Shown here piece after piece: positions 1 through 8,779 of a stretch of 64,000 nt of DNA. The notes below the pieces were generated by a model. The model was given only the letters and a program-made list of their open reading frames with translations. It was not told the DNA's origin and made no database searches. Location: contig JBFLKI010000154.1 in the NCBI GenBank assembly GCA_040883135.1, positions 2,601-66,600 of the forward strand. The letters run 5' to 3'. Position numbers and translations under genes: made by a program. Every line of letters starts with the position of its first letter. The first letter of the stretch is position 1. This DNA is from Desulfotignum sp. (GTDB lineage Bacteria > Desulfobacterota > Desulfobacteria > Desulfobacterales > Desulfobacteraceae).

Positions 1-249
1 TTTCCCAGGGATGCGGAAACCCGCACCGATTATTACAAACACCTGGGTTTTTACGCCTATAAAAAATCGTTTCTAGACCGGTTCGTCTCCTTGCCCACAA
101 GCCGGTGCGAAGCCGTTGAAAAACTGGAGCAGCTGCGGGCACTCGAGCACGGATTCCCCATCCATGTGGTGATCACGGCATTTGATTCCCCGGAAATCGA
201 TGTGCCCGATGACATCCAACGGGTGGAAAAGGCGCTGCGGCAATGCTGA
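1..249 (+). CDS. kdsB: 3-deoxy-manno-octulosonate cytidylyltransferase (CMP-Kdo synthetase), C-terminal fragment; the 5' end lies outside the window
   Basis: Frame 1 reads ...HLGFYAYKKSFLDRFVSLPTSRCEAVEKLEQLRALEHGFPIHVVITAFDSPEIDVPDDIQRVEKALRQC*, which matches the conserved KdsB C-terminus (LEQLR..., VDTPEDL-like motif). The stop TGA is at 247-249. It is absent from the ORF track because it is open at the window edge. Confidence 0.85.
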   Translation, partial: FPRDAETRTDYYKHLGFYAYKKSFLDRFVSLPTSRCEAVEKLEQLRALEHGFPIHVVITAFDSPEIDVPDDIQRVEKALRQC

Positions 250-1412
250 ATCCGTCTCACTCCCATTATAAAATCATTCATACCACTTGTCACACCCAGT
301 GGGGCGGACTGGAAAAACGCATTTTCAACGAAGCGGTATGGATGAGGAACCAGGGTCATCAGATTATCATCATTGCCCCCAGAGAATCTCCACTGTTCAA
401 ACGAGCCAAAAAACAAGGATTCCATGTCTATGCCATTTCGTTTTCCCGAATTGGATTTATCGCTGATTACCGGACTCTGGTCCGAATCTTTCAAAATGAA
501 CTGCCCGATATCGTCAACACCCATGGCAACAGCGATACCAAAATTGCGCTACCGGCAGCCGAAAAAACAAAGGTTCCCTGCCGGATAATATCCCGCCACA
601 TCAGTGCGCATGTGAAAAATTCCTGGTACAACCGCCTGTTATACAAACGATTGTGCCACTATGTGTTTACCACCGCGGATTATACCACACGGCATTTGCA
701 AACGCTTTTCAATCTCAAAGACACACAGGTTTTTTCCATTCCCAGCGGAATTCTTCCGCCAGACACCCTGCCTTCCAGGGAATCCGCCAGAAAAAATCTG
801 GCTGAAGCGCTTGGATGCCCCTCAGATACAAGGTTTTTGGGATTTGTGGGCCGCCTATCCGAAGACAAGGGTGTAGCCACCCTGGTCCAGGCATTCCAAC
901 AGCTATCGCGTCATCTTCCCCATCACCTCGTACTGGTGGGAGACGGCCCGGATGCTTACCGGGACCGGCTGGAAAAAATGGGCCGGGATTCAGATACCCG
1001 CTCCCGGATACATTTTACAGGATTCATGGATGATGTCTGGTCTGTTTACCGGGCTCTGGACTGCAAGGTGCTGGCCTCTGAAAACATCAACGGCATCCCA
1101 TTTGAAGGGGTGCCCCAGGCGTTGCTGGAAGCCATGTATTGTGAGTGTCCGGTCATCGGCTCGAGAACCGGGGGCATACCCGATATCATAGACCATGACA
1201 CAACCGGACTTCTTTTCAGCGACAATGATGCGAATGAACTCTCCGAGATGATTTTACAGACGCTACGTGACACTGATGCCGCACAAAAGCGGGCAAAAAC
1301 CGCCAAAGAAACGGTTGAAAAAGATCATACCATCGACGCCATGGGCAAAAAAATTCTAAAGATATACCACCTTCATCACCTGTGGCATGGCAATGTCTTT
1401 GCCGGTGACTGA
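243..1412 (+). CDS. Glycosyltransferase family 4 (group 1), probably LPS core
   Basis: 389-aa ORF with a GT4-type N-terminus (KIIHTTCHTQWGGLEKRIFNEAVWMRNQGHQIIIIAP) and a C-terminal E(x7)E-type region (FEGVPQALLEAMYCECPVIGSRTGGIPDII). Its ATG overlaps the kdsB stop (ATGCTGA). Confidence 0.85.
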   Translation: MLNPSHSHYKIIHTTCHTQWGGLEKRIFNEAVWMRNQGHQIIIIAPRESPLFKRAKKQGFHVYAISFSRIGFIADYRTLVRIFQNELPDIVNTHGNSDTKIALPAAEKTKVPCRIISRHISAHVKNSWYNRLLYKRLCHYVFTTADYTTRHLQTLFNLKDTQVFSIPSGILPPDTLPSRESARKNLAEALGCPSDTRFLGFVGRLSEDKGVATLVQAFQQLSRHLPHHLVLVGDGPDAYRDRLEKMGRDSDTRSRIHFTGFMDDVWSVYRALDCKVLASENINGIPFEGVPQALLEAMYCECPVIGSRTGGIPDIIDHDTTGLLFSDNDANELSEMILQTLRDTDAAQKRAKTAKETVEKDHTIDAMGKKILKIYHLHHLWHGNVFAGD

Positions 1413-1659
1413 CGGTGTTCGTCTTTGCCGGACATCTCATGGTTTTTGCAAGAACACCTGCATTTCCTGAAATCCATGATGGCCGTTCTGCCCGGGTTTC
1501 TGTGCCGTCAATGCTGGCTGATTTGCAGGTTCCACTCCCTTCCTGCCAGCCATAAAAAGACAAACGCACCGCTGGAACATCCGGCAGTTTAAGCTGCGGA
1601 ACATCTGTTTTCATCAACCGACCGATGGGACAATGATCCAGACATTTTTGCGTTTTCAT
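1216..1659 (-). CDS. Hypothetical small Cys-containing protein; reality and 3' end uncertain
   Basis: The ATG at 1659 lies 6 nt after the stop of the upstream GT2 gene (1666-1668). The N-terminus is MKTQKCLDHCPIGRL... and I recognise no family. Its last ~65 codons overlap the convergent GT4 gene. Confidence 0.25.
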   Translation of the reverse strand: MKTQKCLDHCPIGRLMKTDVPQLKLPDVPAVRLSFYGWQEGSGTCKSASIDGTETRAERPSWISGNAGVLAKTMRCPAKTNTVSHRQRHCHATGDEGGISLEFFCPWRRWYDLFQPFLWRFLPAFVRHQCHVASVKSSRRVHSHHCR

Positions 1660-1665
1660 GACAGG

Positions 1666-2457
1666 TCAATTTTCCGGCGGCCGGATACCTGTCAAGGATT
1701 CCAGACCTTTTGATTTGAAATGACATTTGGCATACTTGTAAAACGTGCCTTCAAAATTTCCCAGGGCTATGATAAAGCCCGGCCATCCGTCCAAAAAGCC
1801 CAGTTTGAGCACATACAGAGAAAATGCAGACCACAGGCCGTGCATCAGGGCGCCGAACATGCCCGGTCGACGGCCGGATTCATACATCTTTCGGGCCCCC
1901 AGAGTGGAATATCGGTTGGCTTTGTGAATGACCTCCTCCAGATTTTTGAACGGTACCTGATAAATATAGGAAGTTAACGTCCCGCAGGGTTTTTCACTGA
2001 TCACTTCGTAACGCTCGTGAACCGCATCATTCATGAATGTCAGAGCCCTTTTACGGAACAGCTGGGGCTGGCGGAAATCCGGATAAAACCCTCCATATCG
2101 GATCCATTTTCCCATGAAATAGTTGCGCCGGGGCACATAATAGGCATCCTTGCTGTCCGGATCCATGATGATCTGGCGGATTTCCTCTTCAGCGGAACGG
2201 GTGCAGCGTTCATCCGAATCCAGACTAAAAATCCAGTCATGGGTACAGGCGGCCATGGCCTTGTTCCGCAGATCCCCGAATCCTGAAAACGCAATCTGCA
2301 CTAGCCGTGCTCCGAGATTCTCGGCAATGGCGGCCGTTGCATCGGTGCTGAATGAATCGGCCACCACGATCTCATCCGCCCATGCCACACTCTGAATGGC
2401 ATCCTTGATTTTATCTTCCTCGTTATACGCGATAATGTAAACAGACAGTTTTGGCAT
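1666..2457 (-). CDS. Glycosyltransferase family 2 (LPS core type)
   Basis: 263 aa with a GT2 N-terminus, LSVYIIAYNEEDKIKDAIQSVAWADEIVVADSFSTD...SLDSDE (DxD-type). Confidence 0.85.
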   Translation of the reverse strand: MPKLSVYIIAYNEEDKIKDAIQSVAWADEIVVADSFSTDATAAIAENLGARLVQIAFSGFGDLRNKAMAACTHDWIFSLDSDERCTRSAEEEIRQIIMDPDSKDAYYVPRRNYFMGKWIRYGGFYPDFRQPQLFRKRALTFMNDAVHERYEVISEKPCGTLTSYIYQVPFKNLEEVIHKANRYSTLGARKMYESGRRPGMFGALMHGLWSAFSLYVLKLGFLDGWPGFIIALGNFEGTFYKYAKCHFKSKGLESLTGIRPPEN

Positions 2458-2460
2458 AAA

Positions 2461-3303
2461 TCACCCGGTCCTGTTTTCAGATGAATTCAAATGAGAGGGT
2501 GTGGTGTTCATCTCCAGACTGTTCAGCCCGTTTTTGCACACGTGAGAACCTGCCGCCATGGATTGTTCCAGCAACCGGTCATTGTCAGCCAGACGGGTCC
2601 GGGGATTTTCCGGGTGCCACAGATGATAGCATACCGCCCGGAAAGGGTGCTCCTTACGGACCAGGCCATATTTGAACAGGCGGACGACAAATTCGGAATC
2701 TTCCCGGCCCCAGCCCGTGAAATCGTGGTTGAATCCGTTCACCGCAATCACATCCGCCTTGAAAATCCCCATATTGCAGCTTCGGATGCCTGACAACCGA
2801 TGGCCTTTTTTCAGACTCGGGAAAAACGGGATCCGAAAAATATGGTGGGCATTACCGAGGCGGCCGGCCAGGGTTTGACACACTAGACGGCCGAAAGAAA
2901 AGCAATCTGTTTTGTCAAACGCCGGAGTCGACTTCCCGTCCACCAATACCCGTTTCCCCTGAAAAAAACAGCCTGATTCCGCCAGATCCAGGTGATCCGA
3001 GACAAAATACCTGTCCGGAATACAATCACCATCCAGAAATACCAGGTAATCACCCGCGGAGGCTGCAACCGCCCTGTTCCTCGCCCGGGCCGCACGAAAC
3101 CCCAGATCCTTCTGCCAGATATGAAAAAATGCCGGACCGGACCGGTTTTCAAAGCTTCCCAAAAGGGTCCGGGTCTTTGGACCGGACCCGTCATCCGCCA
3201 CCAGGATCTCATCGGGCAGCCGGGTCTGGGCATAGAGCGCCTCCAGCACTTTTTTCAATGCATCCGGACGGTTATAGGTGGTGACGATCACGGACAGTTT
3301 CAT
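2461..3303 (-). CDS. Glycosyltransferase family 2 with a galactosyltransferase-like C-terminal region
   Basis: 280 aa: KLSVIVTTYNRPDALKKVLEALYAQT...ILVADDGS...FLDGDC...GWGREDSEF. It overlaps the upstream gene by 4 nt. Confidence 0.85.
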   Translation of the reverse strand: MKLSVIVTTYNRPDALKKVLEALYAQTRLPDEILVADDGSGPKTRTLLGSFENRSGPAFFHIWQKDLGFRAARARNRAVAASAGDYLVFLDGDCIPDRYFVSDHLDLAESGCFFQGKRVLVDGKSTPAFDKTDCFSFGRLVCQTLAGRLGNAHHIFRIPFFPSLKKGHRLSGIRSCNMGIFKADVIAVNGFNHDFTGWGREDSEFVVRLFKYGLVRKEHPFRAVCYHLWHPENPRTRLADNDRLLEQSMAAGSHVCKNGLNSLEMNTTPSHLNSSENRTG

Positions 3304-4316
3304 TTTTCCCCCGTTTTTTTTCGGATGGCGTCATGCACCTGGTCCACTGACAGGTCTTTCATGCATCTGAAATCATACCGGGTACAGGGATGTTTTGCAT
3401 AGCAGGGGGCACAGGACAGCGCCAGCTGAATCACGGTGTGAATATCCCCGTAGGGTCCGGTACGAACCGGATTGGCCGGGCCGAATATGGCAAACACCGG
3501 AATGTTCAATGCAGCGGCCAGGTGCATGGGACCGGTGTCGTTGCAAACAAAAAATGCAGCCCGCCTGATCACGGGAATCAGTTCCTTGAGCCGGGTCTTC
3601 CCGGCAATGGAGCAGGCGCTTCCCTTTGAATGGGCCACCACAATATCGGCAACACCCGCTTCATTGGCCGATGCGATGATCACGCTGGGCAGGCGCAGGC
3701 GGGACGCCAGTTCCCCGAATTTTTCCGCCGGCCACTGATTGGCCGGCTTACCGGCAGCCGGGGCCATGACCACATATTTTTCAGGAAGGGTCTGTAAAAT
3801 TTCCGGATCCGGATCATGGGGGGGCAGTGGATATGCAATTTCCTGCCTGGCACATCCCATGAAGCGGGCGATCTCCAGATACCGGTCAATGGCATGGATA
3901 TCCATGCTGCCGTGAATCTTGTGGGTATAAAAAAATGGACTGCCTTCATCTGATTCTTTGAACCCCAGTCGGATCGGTGCCTGGGAAAACCAGGTGATCA
4001 CCCCGGACCGGAACAGCCCGGACAGGTCAATCGCCACATCATATCCCGCCTGTTTCAGGTTTTTTCTGAGCGCCACGATTTCCTTGACCGTGTCTCCCAG
4101 GCAGGACCATTTTTTCCACTGATCTTTGTTAATGACCCACAGGGTATGAATCATGGGATGGTCTTCCAGAAAGGTATGCAGTCCGTGGGCCACCACCCAG
4201 TCCACCTGAGCGTGGGGAAACGTTGTTTTGACAGCGTAAAGAAACGGCAGGGAATGAATGATGTCTCCAAACGCACTGGGTTTGACGATCAGAATTTTTT
4301 GAATGGATGAAAACAG
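3300..4316 (-). CDS. ADP-heptose:LPS heptosyltransferase (GT9), probably with a non-ATG/GTG/TTG start
   Basis: GT9 body (...NDTGPMHLAAALNIPVFAIFGP...). The family's N-terminal motif QKILIVKPSAFGDIIHSLPFLYAVK is encoded in frame upstream of the track start (GTG 4205). No ATG, GTG or TTG is available in that stretch. AAGGAG at 4325-4330 sits 8 nt before an in-frame CTG at 4314-4316. Confidence 0.8.
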   Translation of the reverse strand: MFSSIQKILIVKPSAFGDIIHSLPFLYAVKTTFPHAQVDWVVAHGLHTFLEDHPMIHTLWVINKDQWKKWSCLGDTVKEIVALRKNLKQAGYDVAIDLSGLFRSGVITWFSQAPIRLGFKESDEGSPFFYTHKIHGSMDIHAIDRYLEIARFMGCARQEIAYPLPPHDPDPEILQTLPEKYVVMAPAAGKPANQWPAEKFGELASRLRLPSVIIASANEAGVADIVVAHSKGSACSIAGKTRLKELIPVIRRAAFFVCNDTGPMHLAAALNIPVFAIFGPANPVRTGPYGDIHTVIQLALSCAPCYAKHPCTRYDFRCMKDLSVDQVHDAIRKKTGEK

Positions 4317-4335
4317 GTTTATTTCTCCTTGAATT

Positions 4336-5394
4336 TCAGGACCCGGCCCTTGTATTCAGCAGCCGGCAGCAGGTGTCAAAAACCATGTCCACGGTGATGC
4401 GGTCCATACATGCATGGTCGGTGGGGCACTCGTCCTTTAAGCAGGGGGCACAGGAGACCGGTACCCGGATCATGCGGCTGACCGGGCTGTCCGGGGAGGT
4501 AGCCACCGGATCGGTGGAGCCGATCACCGCCACCTGGGGAATATGGAGCGCCGCAGCCGCGTGCATGAGGCCCGAATCATTGGTCACAAACAGATCACAC
4601 CGGTGTATCAGTGCAAACGCCTGACCCAGTCCGGTATTGCCTGCCAGATTCACACAACAGCCCGGTGCCATGGCAGCGATCTGTTCACCCAGATCATGAT
4701 CGCCAGGTCCACCGAAAATCAGAATCTTTGTGTCAAAGGTATCTGCCAGGCGACGGCACAGGGCCGCATATCGATCGGGGAACCAGCGTTTGGCAGTGCC
4801 GCCGGTGGCGCCGGGGTTGATACCCAGCACCCGATCCCTCCGGTTTTGTTTGATGCCCGACAGCAGAACATCGGCCCTTTTCTGATCGGCCCGGGAAATA
4901 TACAGATCCATGTCCCGGCCATCAATTGCCATCCCGGCACCTCTCAGAATCCCCAGATAATAATCGATGAGATGGGTCTTTTTCAGCGCCGGATCCAGAG
5001 GGATGGCCGGCCTGAGCAGCAGGGTTCTGGCATCGGTGTTGTACCCCACCCGTAAGGGGACTTTTGCCAGAAACACCAGCAGGGCCGCTTCAAAGGCATT
5101 CTGCATGAGAATGGCCAGATCGAACCGCCGGCGCCGGATATCCTTTGCCAGACGCAGGGTTCCCATCCCCATTTTATGGCGTCCCGCATGGTCATACACC
5201 ATGATCTCGTCCACATGGGGATTGGATGCATATACCGGGATCACCCAGGGTTTGGCCAGCACCGTGATATGCGCTTCCGGAAAATTTTTGCGTACGGCCC
5301 GGATCACCGGCGTGGTCATGACGGCGTCTCCCACCCAGTTGGCGGCCCGGATCAGAATCCGTCGGCAGGATTGATTGGATATCTGTTTCTTCAT
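4336..5394 (-). CDS. ADP-heptose:LPS heptosyltransferase (GT9)
   Basis: From Met55 of the track ORF it reads MKKQISNQSCRRILIRAANWVGDAVMTTPVIRAV...VTNDSGLMHAAAALHIPQVAVIGSTDP. The 54-aa upstream extension overlaps the lpxL-like gene and has a Pro/Gly/Arg-rich composition, so it was trimmed. Confidence 0.85.
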   Translation of the reverse strand: MKKQISNQSCRRILIRAANWVGDAVMTTPVIRAVRKNFPEAHITVLAKPWVIPVYASNPHVDEIMVYDHAGRHKMGMGTLRLAKDIRRRRFDLAILMQNAFEAALLVFLAKVPLRVGYNTDARTLLLRPAIPLDPALKKTHLIDYYLGILRGAGMAIDGRDMDLYISRADQKRADVLLSGIKQNRRDRVLGINPGATGGTAKRWFPDRYAALCRRLADTFDTKILIFGGPGDHDLGEQIAAMAPGCCVNLAGNTGLGQAFALIHRCDLFVTNDSGLMHAAAALHIPQVAVIGSTDPVATSPDSPVSRMIRVPVSCAPCLKDECPTDHACMDRITVDMVFDTCCRLLNTRAGS

Positions 5395-5404
5395 TATTTT
5401 CAGT

Positions 5405-6313
5405 TCAGGACCGGGCTTTGGTTTCGGGCCACACACACCAGGGTTTGGTCTTCCACCGGTTGTGCACCCAGAAATACTGGTCCGGACACTGGCGGACCAT
5501 GGTTTCCACCGCCGTGGTGAACCGCTGGGTATTGGTTTCGATGTCCGTGATGACATCCCCTGTGACCGTCACAGGCACCTCCGGCAGAAACCGGATGATA
5601 AACCGGCGGCCATACCGGATGGTATACATGGGCACCACCGGGGCCCCTGTTTTCATGGCCAGTTTAGCCAGGCCGCTGTTGGTACAGGCCGGCCGTCCGA
5701 AAAAACGGACAAACACACCTTTGTACCAGTCAACGTTCTGATCGATCAGGGTGCCCACCACCCCGCCCCGGGCCAGGATCTCTTCCAGTTTTTTTGACGC
5801 GCCCCGCATCGGGATCATGATCACCCCGAACCGCTGTCTGATTTTTCTTATCAGCCGTTCCAAAGGAACAAAGTCCAGCTTCCTGTAGATGGCGTATCCT
5901 TTCAACCCGGTACCTTCAATGGCAGGAATCAACATCTCAAAATTGCCCATATGACAGGTGATCACCAGGACGCCTTTTCCTTTTGCATGGGCGGCTTTCA
6001 CATGCGCCAGGCCTTCAATCGAAAAATGAGACAGGAACCGGGATTTGGAGAGCCGGGTCGACCAGGCCACTTCAAACAGCATGGCCGCGATATTTACGAA
6101 TGCCTGCCGGGCTGTTTGTTCAATCTTCTCTTCAGGCCATTCCCGGCCAAAGGCATAGGTCAGATTGTCAAGGGTGATCTCACGATGGCGTTTGTCCATC
6201 CGAAACCAGATTTGTCCAAGTGCGTTGGCAAGAAGATCTGCCAGCGGAACCGGTATTTTCCCCATCAAAAAAACCAGCTGCGTCAACAGCCGGTATATCT
6301 GTTCATCTCTCAT
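5405..6313 (-). CDS. lpxL: Lipid A biosynthesis (Kdo2-lipid IVA) late acyltransferase, LpxL/HtrB/MsbB family
   Basis: HX4E catalytic motif (ITCHMGNFEM) with family-typical layout and context between lpxK and the heptosyltransferases. The start was moved to ATG 6313 (MRDEQIYRLL...), 13 nt after the lpxK stop. Confidence 0.75.
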   Translation of the reverse strand: MRDEQIYRLLTQLVFLMGKIPVPLADLLANALGQIWFRMDKRHREITLDNLTYAFGREWPEEKIEQTARQAFVNIAAMLFEVAWSTRLSKSRFLSHFSIEGLAHVKAAHAKGKGVLVITCHMGNFEMLIPAIEGTGLKGYAIYRKLDFVPLERLIRKIRQRFGVIMIPMRGASKKLEEILARGGVVGTLIDQNVDWYKGVFVRFFGRPACTNSGLAKLAMKTGAPVVPMYTIRYGRRFIIRFLPEVPVTVTGDVITDIETNTQRFTTAVETMVRQCPDQYFWVHNRWKTKPWCVWPETKARS

Positions 6314-6326
6314 CGCTTCTGACGTT

Positions 6327-7469
6327 TCATATCTGAATAACGGTTTCAACCAACCGGCGAAACCCGGATTCACTGTCAAGTGACAGGCTGATCCCGACAA
6401 CCGCCAGGTCCATGGGCCAGACAATTGTTTTTTCCAGCCTGACCCGGTCTTTCTCTGTGGTCACCAGCATGTCCGCGTTCAGGGCCAGTGCCCTTTGCTG
6501 TATCTGTAAAACATCCGCCCTCTTATACCGGTAATGATCCGAAAATTCAAGATGATCCAGGATATTGGCCCCAAGATGCCGGATCGTGCGGTAAAACGTT
6601 CGATTGTCTGCGATACCGGAAAAAAGGACCACGGAAACACCTTGAAACCAGTCAAGCGCTGTCGTTTTCTTGGAATTTCCCCAGATCAGACCATGCCTGG
6701 TTTCCTTCCGGGAGCCCGACGGGTCGATCCCGGCCAGAAACGGGTGATGCCGGGCGAAGAACACCGGCAGATCCGGCGAAGCACCAGAAACCCAGTGAGA
6801 TTTTTTCATGGCGTTTTCAGGACACCTTGTCAGAATCACTGCATCGGCCCGGGCCAGGGCCGGTATTGGGGGTTCCCTTAGGCGGCCTGCCGGCAGAAGC
6901 CGGCCGTTTCCCAGAGGAGAGTCATGATCCATCAAAACCAGATCCAGGTCCCTTTTCAACCGCACATGCTGGAACCCGTCATCCAGTATCACCACATCCA
7001 CCTTCAACCGTTCCAGGGCCAGGCATCCGGCCTGGTATCGGTCCCTGCCCACCACCACGGGAAACCGTTTCAGGGACGCCATCATATACGGCTCATCGCC
7101 GGCCTGCCGGGCATCCAGAAACAGACGGGAGCCATCGCCCACAACGGCAGCCGTCTTCTCAAGCGTTCCCTTGTATCCCCGGCTAATGACCACCGGATGT
7201 TTTCCCATTTGATGCAACAGGTCTGCCAGGTATACAGCCATAGGGGTTTTTCCGGTGCCGCCGGCCGTGATATTACCGATGGAAATCACCGGACAGGGAA
7301 GCGTTTTCCGGCGAAACCGCCCCGTGTCATACCCTTTGTTTCTAAATGCCACCCCGGCCCCATATCCCAGGGACACCGCCTTGAGAAGGGTGTCAAAAGA
7401 GAGAAACGGAACAGGTCCCTGCCGTTGGGATGCCTGGATGATTTTTTTTTCAAGTGATTTGAGCATCAT
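6327..7469 (-). CDS. lpxK: Tetraacyldisaccharide 4'-kinase
   Basis: P-loop in the LpxK context (VISIGNITAGGTGKTPMAVYLADLL), 380 aa. It overlaps waaA by 4 nt. Confidence 0.9.
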   Translation of the reverse strand: MMLKSLEKKIIQASQRQGPVPFLSFDTLLKAVSLGYGAGVAFRNKGYDTGRFRRKTLPCPVISIGNITAGGTGKTPMAVYLADLLHQMGKHPVVISRGYKGTLEKTAAVVGDGSRLFLDARQAGDEPYMMASLKRFPVVVGRDRYQAGCLALERLKVDVVILDDGFQHVRLKRDLDLVLMDHDSPLGNGRLLPAGRLREPPIPALARADAVILTRCPENAMKKSHWVSGASPDLPVFFARHHPFLAGIDPSGSRKETRHGLIWGNSKKTTALDWFQGVSVVLFSGIADNRTFYRTIRHLGANILDHLEFSDHYRYKRADVLQIQQRALALNADMLVTTEKDRVRLEKTIVWPMDLAVVGISLSLDSESGFRRLVETVIQI

Positions 7470-8779
7470 CTTTTTCCGATTTCAAGCTGCGACAGAACTG
7501 ACAGGGTGCGCCCCACAGCCCCGGCATTTTCCTGAAACACGGCAAAGGCATTGTGTCCCATATCCGCAGCCCGGTCCGGCCGGGTGAGCAGATCCGTCAG
7601 ATGACGGGTCAGTGATCCGGTATCCTTCACTTGGCAGGCCCCTTTCCGGGCCGTCAGCAGGGCGGCCACTTCCGCAAAATCTTCCATATGAGGACCAAAC
7701 AGAACGGGTTTTTCAAACATGACCGGCTCCAGGGGATTGTGCCCACCGCACGGGACCAGAGACCCACCGATAAAGGCCACGTCACAAACGGCATAGGCTT
7801 TTGCCAATACACCAAGGCAATCCAGGAGCATGACTTCTGCATCTTTGGGCCGATTCCGGGTGGTGGAAAGCAATACAGATCTCCCCCCTTTTTTGAAAAT
7901 TTCTTCAGCCACCCGGGCACACCGGGACGGATCTCTGGGCGCAATCAGCAGTTTCAGGTCAGGCACCCGCTTTCGTACCTGCTGAAAAACCTCCCACAAC
8001 AGGGATTCTTCGCCTGGATGGGTGGATCCGGCGATCCACAGCCGGTGGATTTCTGTAATGTGAAACCATTTTTCAAGGTCGCTTCTCTCCGTGTCATTCA
8101 GGGTTTTTAACGGCTGATCAAACTTAATATTTCCGGCCACAACCAGCCGGAATTCAGGGACCCCCAGGGCATTAAACCGTTCCAGATCCCGACGGGTCTG
8201 CACCAGGACATGGGTCAGCCTGGAAAAAAACAGGGCCGTTGCCGGCCCCAGCCGGCGGTACCCGTCAAACGCCCGGCGCGACAACCGGGCATTGACCAGA
8301 ACCACGGGAATATTCTTCCGGGCCATGGCATAGAGAAATCCGGGCCAGAGGTCAGTTTCCACCAGGCAGACCCATGCCGGATCAATCCGGCGCCGGACCC
8401 TGGCCACGGCCCAGGGCAGATCAAAGGGGAAATAGGCCAGTTGGGAGACCAGGGGCGAATCAGCCCGATAAAACAGGGTGCGGGCCATATCGTACCCGGT
8501 CCGTGTAGATGCCGTGAAAACGATCGGTGTCTCCGGAAAAAGCGCATGCACGGCCGTAACCAGCGGCAGGGCGGATTGGACCTCTCCCAGGGAAAGGGCA
8601 TGAATCCAGATCGGTTTTCGGGGACCGGTCCGCTGTTTAATCCCGGTACACCATCCCAGACGCTGCAACAGATTGGCCCGTCTTTTTTCGGAAACCAGCC
8701 AGAGAAACGGCAGCAGTGGCAGCACCAGAATGAATCCGGTCGTAATCAGAATGTAATAACACCATATCATGAGGCTCAT
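7466..8779 (-). CDS. waaA: 3-deoxy-D-manno-octulosonic acid (Kdo) transferase
   Basis: 437 aa with an N-terminal TM segment and the WIHALSLGEVQSALPLV motif typical of KdtA/WaaA. Confidence 0.9.
   Translation of the reverse strand: MSLMIWCYYILITTGFILVLPLLPFLWLVSEKRRANLLQRLGWCTGIKQRTGPRKPIWIHALSLGEVQSALPLVTAVHALFPETPIVFTASTRTGYDMARTLFYRADSPLVSQLAYFPFDLPWAVARVRRRIDPAWVCLVETDLWPGFLYAMARKNIPVVLVNARLSRRAFDGYRRLGPATALFFSRLTHVLVQTRRDLERFNALGVPEFRLVVAGNIKFDQPLKTLNDTERSDLEKWFHITEIHRLWIAGSTHPGEESLLWEVFQQVRKRVPDLKLLIAPRDPSRCARVAEEIFKKGGRSVLLSTTRNRPKDAEVMLLDCLGVLAKAYAVCDVAFIGGSLVPCGGHNPLEPVMFEKPVLFGPHMEDFAEVAALLTARKGACQVKDTGSLTRHLTDLLTRPDRAADMGHNAFAVFQENAGAVGRTLSVLSQLEIGKR

Noticed and set aside
4336-5556. 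N-terminal extensions of several track ORFs: 4336-5556, 5405-6424, 13171-14154, 14215-15024, 15791-16387, 17074-17964, 22495-23484, 25853-27844, 34430-35563 and 55553-56518.
   Set aside because: Each extension runs into the neighbouring gene in another frame and has an atypical composition. An internal ATG with an RBS or a stop-start overlap restores the family-typical N-terminus, so the starts were trimmed.
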